In this document: positions 60,802 to 64,000 of the stretch, in pieces
Layout: every line of letters starts with the position of its first letter
Numbering within the stretch: the stretch's first letter is position 1
DNA from: Atractiella rhizophila
Taxonomy: Eukaryota
Reading direction: 5' to 3'
Length of the DNA: 64,000 bases
Assembly: GCA_021432655.1 (NCBI GenBank)
Contig: MU271336.1
Span: forward strand, 1 to 64,000
Notes under the pieces: model-generated
What the model saw: only the letters and a program-made list of their open reading frames with translations
Told to the model about the DNA's origin: nothing
Database searches by the model: none
Program-made: the position numbers and the translations under genes

Positions 60802-63800
60802 GGAATGAAGTGCTACGAGTGCGCCTCCGCTTGTGAATTAAACTACCTAGATTACAAAACTAACGATTCGATGCAGGGAAGAGATTTTTGGCCCTGTCCT
60901 TTGCGTTGTGAAGTGCGAAACTATGGACGAAGCCATTGAGATCATCAACAAAAACAAATGTACGTTTTCCCTTCCTCTCCTTCAATCCCGACTGAAGCTC
61001 CGCTTTGCACTGGAAACAGATGGGAACGGGGCCGCCATCTTCACACAAAGCGGCGCTACTGCTCGTCGGTTTGAGAAAAATTGTCATAGCGGACAGCTTG
61101 GTGCGCCGGTTTCCTGTTCTGATCCCACGACCAATTTCTCACGCAAATGTGTTTGATGCGCGTAGGAGTGAACGTGCCCATTCCTGTGCCACTGCCAATG
61201 TTCAGCTGGAGTGGTAACAAAGCCTCAGTCCTGGGGCAGACATCGTTATATGGGAAATTGGGAGTTGAGTTCTGGACGCAGAATAAAGTTTGTCTCTTTC
61301 TCTCGTGTCATGACGGTGTACTCAATGGCGATGGATCCAGACGATCACCAGCTTGTGGAGGAGTGAGGATGCCTTGACTAGCAAGGCGGACGTCGCGATG
61401 CCTACTCACCGGTAGTTCTTGCAGCTGCAATTGTATGTACTACTAGCCAACTGGAACTGGGACATGGAAGTCTGTGATCCTCTTGCTTCAAAATGCATGG
61501 GATTGCGATGATTTCCCGACAGCTGAGTCCGAATCAATCAATTCCGAATCAGAACCCAGCTTTGCCTGTTGACCATTTAATCATGATCCTGAGGACTTTG
61601 TTATTCTGGAGTAGACAAGAAACAGGCCTATTCTACCTCCTGATTCTCTGAAAGTATCATTCCTTATGACCCTCTCATTCTCCAGCTCTCCTGAACCAAC
61701 TTGAACGGGATGTCCATAGATCAAGCGATGCTTTTCGGACACTCGGTCCCGTTCCGATGTTCAAGTTGAAAGGCCTTTCAAGCATCCAAGGCAGGTCTGC
61801 TTTTCGCCTTCTTTCAAGTTGTGAAGGGTACATAAATCAGTCAGTGGCTCGCACGTTTGAGGGAACCATAGTGTCGTCCTCATCAGGGTATCCGCATCAT
61901 CCTTCAGTCAGCTTGAGTCTTTCGTGGTAGACATTGTTGTTCTAATGATTGCTTCAGTAAATAAATCCTTGCACTTGTGGGATGGCCTTCACAGGAGATA
62001 TCACAAATGTCCCTGCCTCAACAACTGAAGGAGGGCGGAAGAAGATGGTGCATCGACATTCCAGTGGGTTGTTTATTACCCAACGGAGATTGACCAATGA
62101 CCCATTGACAGCTGTTGTCGAGCAATGTTACAAACTTTTGAAGATTTTCACCACGCATCCATTGCCACCGGAACATGTAGAAGAGCTTGCAGATGATGTT
62201 CCAGGTGTTCCCAAGGACGAAATAGATGAACTAGAGTTACAAGGGGTTCGTTGCCATTCCAAACATCTTGATCTTACTGAAGAGAACACAGTGGGACTAT
62301 CAAGGTCTCGCGGTGAGCACCAACTTGCATTTCTCCTCAGAGTTAAATAGCGTTGCGTAGGATGGCAAAGTGAGGACATACACGCGACGGCGAGCGGATC
62401 GAGAGGAAGCAGCCGCCGACTTTCAATATTACCATCTAAACGAGGAGCATCGAGAGCATGATATGATGCCCTGGGTTAGAGGAGACGGCTGGATAGAAGG
62501 GGATTGGAAGATCGCTGATGTTGTCGCCACAATTCGAAGCTACGACGCTCGCTCCACTTTTGATACTCGATTAGATTGTCCGAATTGCAAAGTGAAGGAA
62601 ATCCTGAACGAAACCGACAACATCGTTCATATGCACTATCATGCGATTTTCCCAGTAGCTGCCCGTGATGGCGTTATTGTACTTAGTGAGGAGTGAGGGC
62701 TTAACCGCTGAGGCTGGCATATGCTGATGCGATGACAGGGTCCACCCAGAACAATCGTTGGCTTACATCATCGCTCGATCGGTGGATGATGGTCTTATCC
62801 CTCCCGATCCATCTACTTATCGGATGGCGACGCATATGATTGGCTGGGCAATCCGCAAATTACCCCATCCTCCTGAGTACGACGCACTCGCTCGAAGGAA
62901 GGAAGCTTCATGTCGGCGTTCTTCGCAGCCAGCTCCTTCCCATCCGTCCTCTAGCAATGTACGAGCTCCCAGCTTCTCACATACTTCTCAACTTAGCGAC
63001 AAACGGCACTCGTCTTCATCTTCCTACAATCGACCTGTGATGCCCAGTCGAAGCTCCGGGTCATCCTCATCCTTTCAGTCTCTACGTCCACCAGCCCAGA
63101 CGCCGACGTCGCATCGGTCGTCGACCAACTCTTCTCGTCCTTCTTCGCTACGGAGCATGGGTATCTTGCCTAGTTTGAAGTCTCGGCCAAGCGCCTTCGG
63201 CAACAGGGCGTCCTCATTCAGCACTCAACCGCGTCCTCCTGCATTCCTAGGTGCGCCGCTAGCAAGGTCACAAACGACTCAGATCCCAGCGTCTACCCAC
63301 CATTCTTCTTTTTCATCTTCCTCCCCTCTCCCACCCATATCGCGTTCGGATTCGCCAGTCTCCGACACCTCAAGTGAAGAAGACCTTCCGCCCAAAGCAC
63401 CTGGTTTCCAGACAACATATCTTACCCGTCTAGATCCAGGGTCCACTAATCGTAGGTCCCTTTCCACCCACATCACTAGACTCATCTTTCGATCGTAGCC
63501 AACTCGTTCCAACGAGAGCTTTTTATGCGTCAGTCAGTCATCATCTCGCAGATGAACCTCTTCTTTCAAAAATATGGATTCGCTCCTTACTTACAGCGCG
63601 AAAATCGCAAACACGGTCTGGATTTAATAGACCAAATATTCGCGCCTCTAAAGGAGACCTATTCGGCGGTCTATAGATGTCATGAGGAGGTAGCTGGAGA
63701 AACCACGAAGATTCGTTTCTTTGGAAGCACTTTCGGCAATGGGAACTTCACTATAAGGGTTGTTAGAGCCACAGATTGGCACGTCGAGTTCGACAATCCT

Positions 63801-64000
63801 CCAGAAAATGTACAACTGGACCAACCGGCTCAGCCGACTATTGATGAAGAAGGATTTTACCTGCAGTCATCCATGACTTTCGAGAACCGTAGCCAGTCCA
63901 GTCTACCAGATAGTCTTACCCATACCCCAGATTCAAATAAAAAGCACCCCGGTCTCCCAGGATCCCTCGGTCCTTGCACTCTCGTGGTGAAGAACACAGT
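60802..64000 (+). repeat. Near-identical second copy of 47446-50656 (3' end of ALDH6 and 5' part of START-like gene)
   Basis: Offset 13356 falling to 13344; differences are scattered SNPs and small intronic indels. Confidence 0.97.

Overview
Intron-rich fungal genomic DNA with ~50-nt introns, some GC-AG donors and micro-exons. Gene content suggests a basidiomycete (inference). Ordinary genes: GH43 glycosidase, KDM3-like JmjC demethylase, Zn2Cys6 factor, three MFS transporters, two F-box/LRR-like genes, a secreted bicupin, a DUF6534-type membrane protein, methylmalonate-semialdehyde dehydrogenase, a START-like protein, and a divergent pair of a 3-dehydroshikimate-dehydratase-like gene and a quinate permease. 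The highlight is an ~11-kb unit (26323-37365) bounded by ~0.91-kb terminal inverted repeats (CACGGGAG...CTCCCGTG) and flanked by TAT on both sides. It has no recognisable transposase but carries a patatin-STAND NTPase-TPR NLR-type gene with near-identical 120-bp repeats, so it is a candidate 'Pack'-type DNA transposon mobilising a fungal immune receptor. Its right 2.1 kb is tandemly duplicated exactly up to the TIR tip. The NLR has an in-frame stop and frameshifts, some probably homopolymer errors. After the N gap (60777-60801), 60802-64000 repeats 47446-50656 and is probably an uncollapsed allele. Exon boundaries were read by eye.
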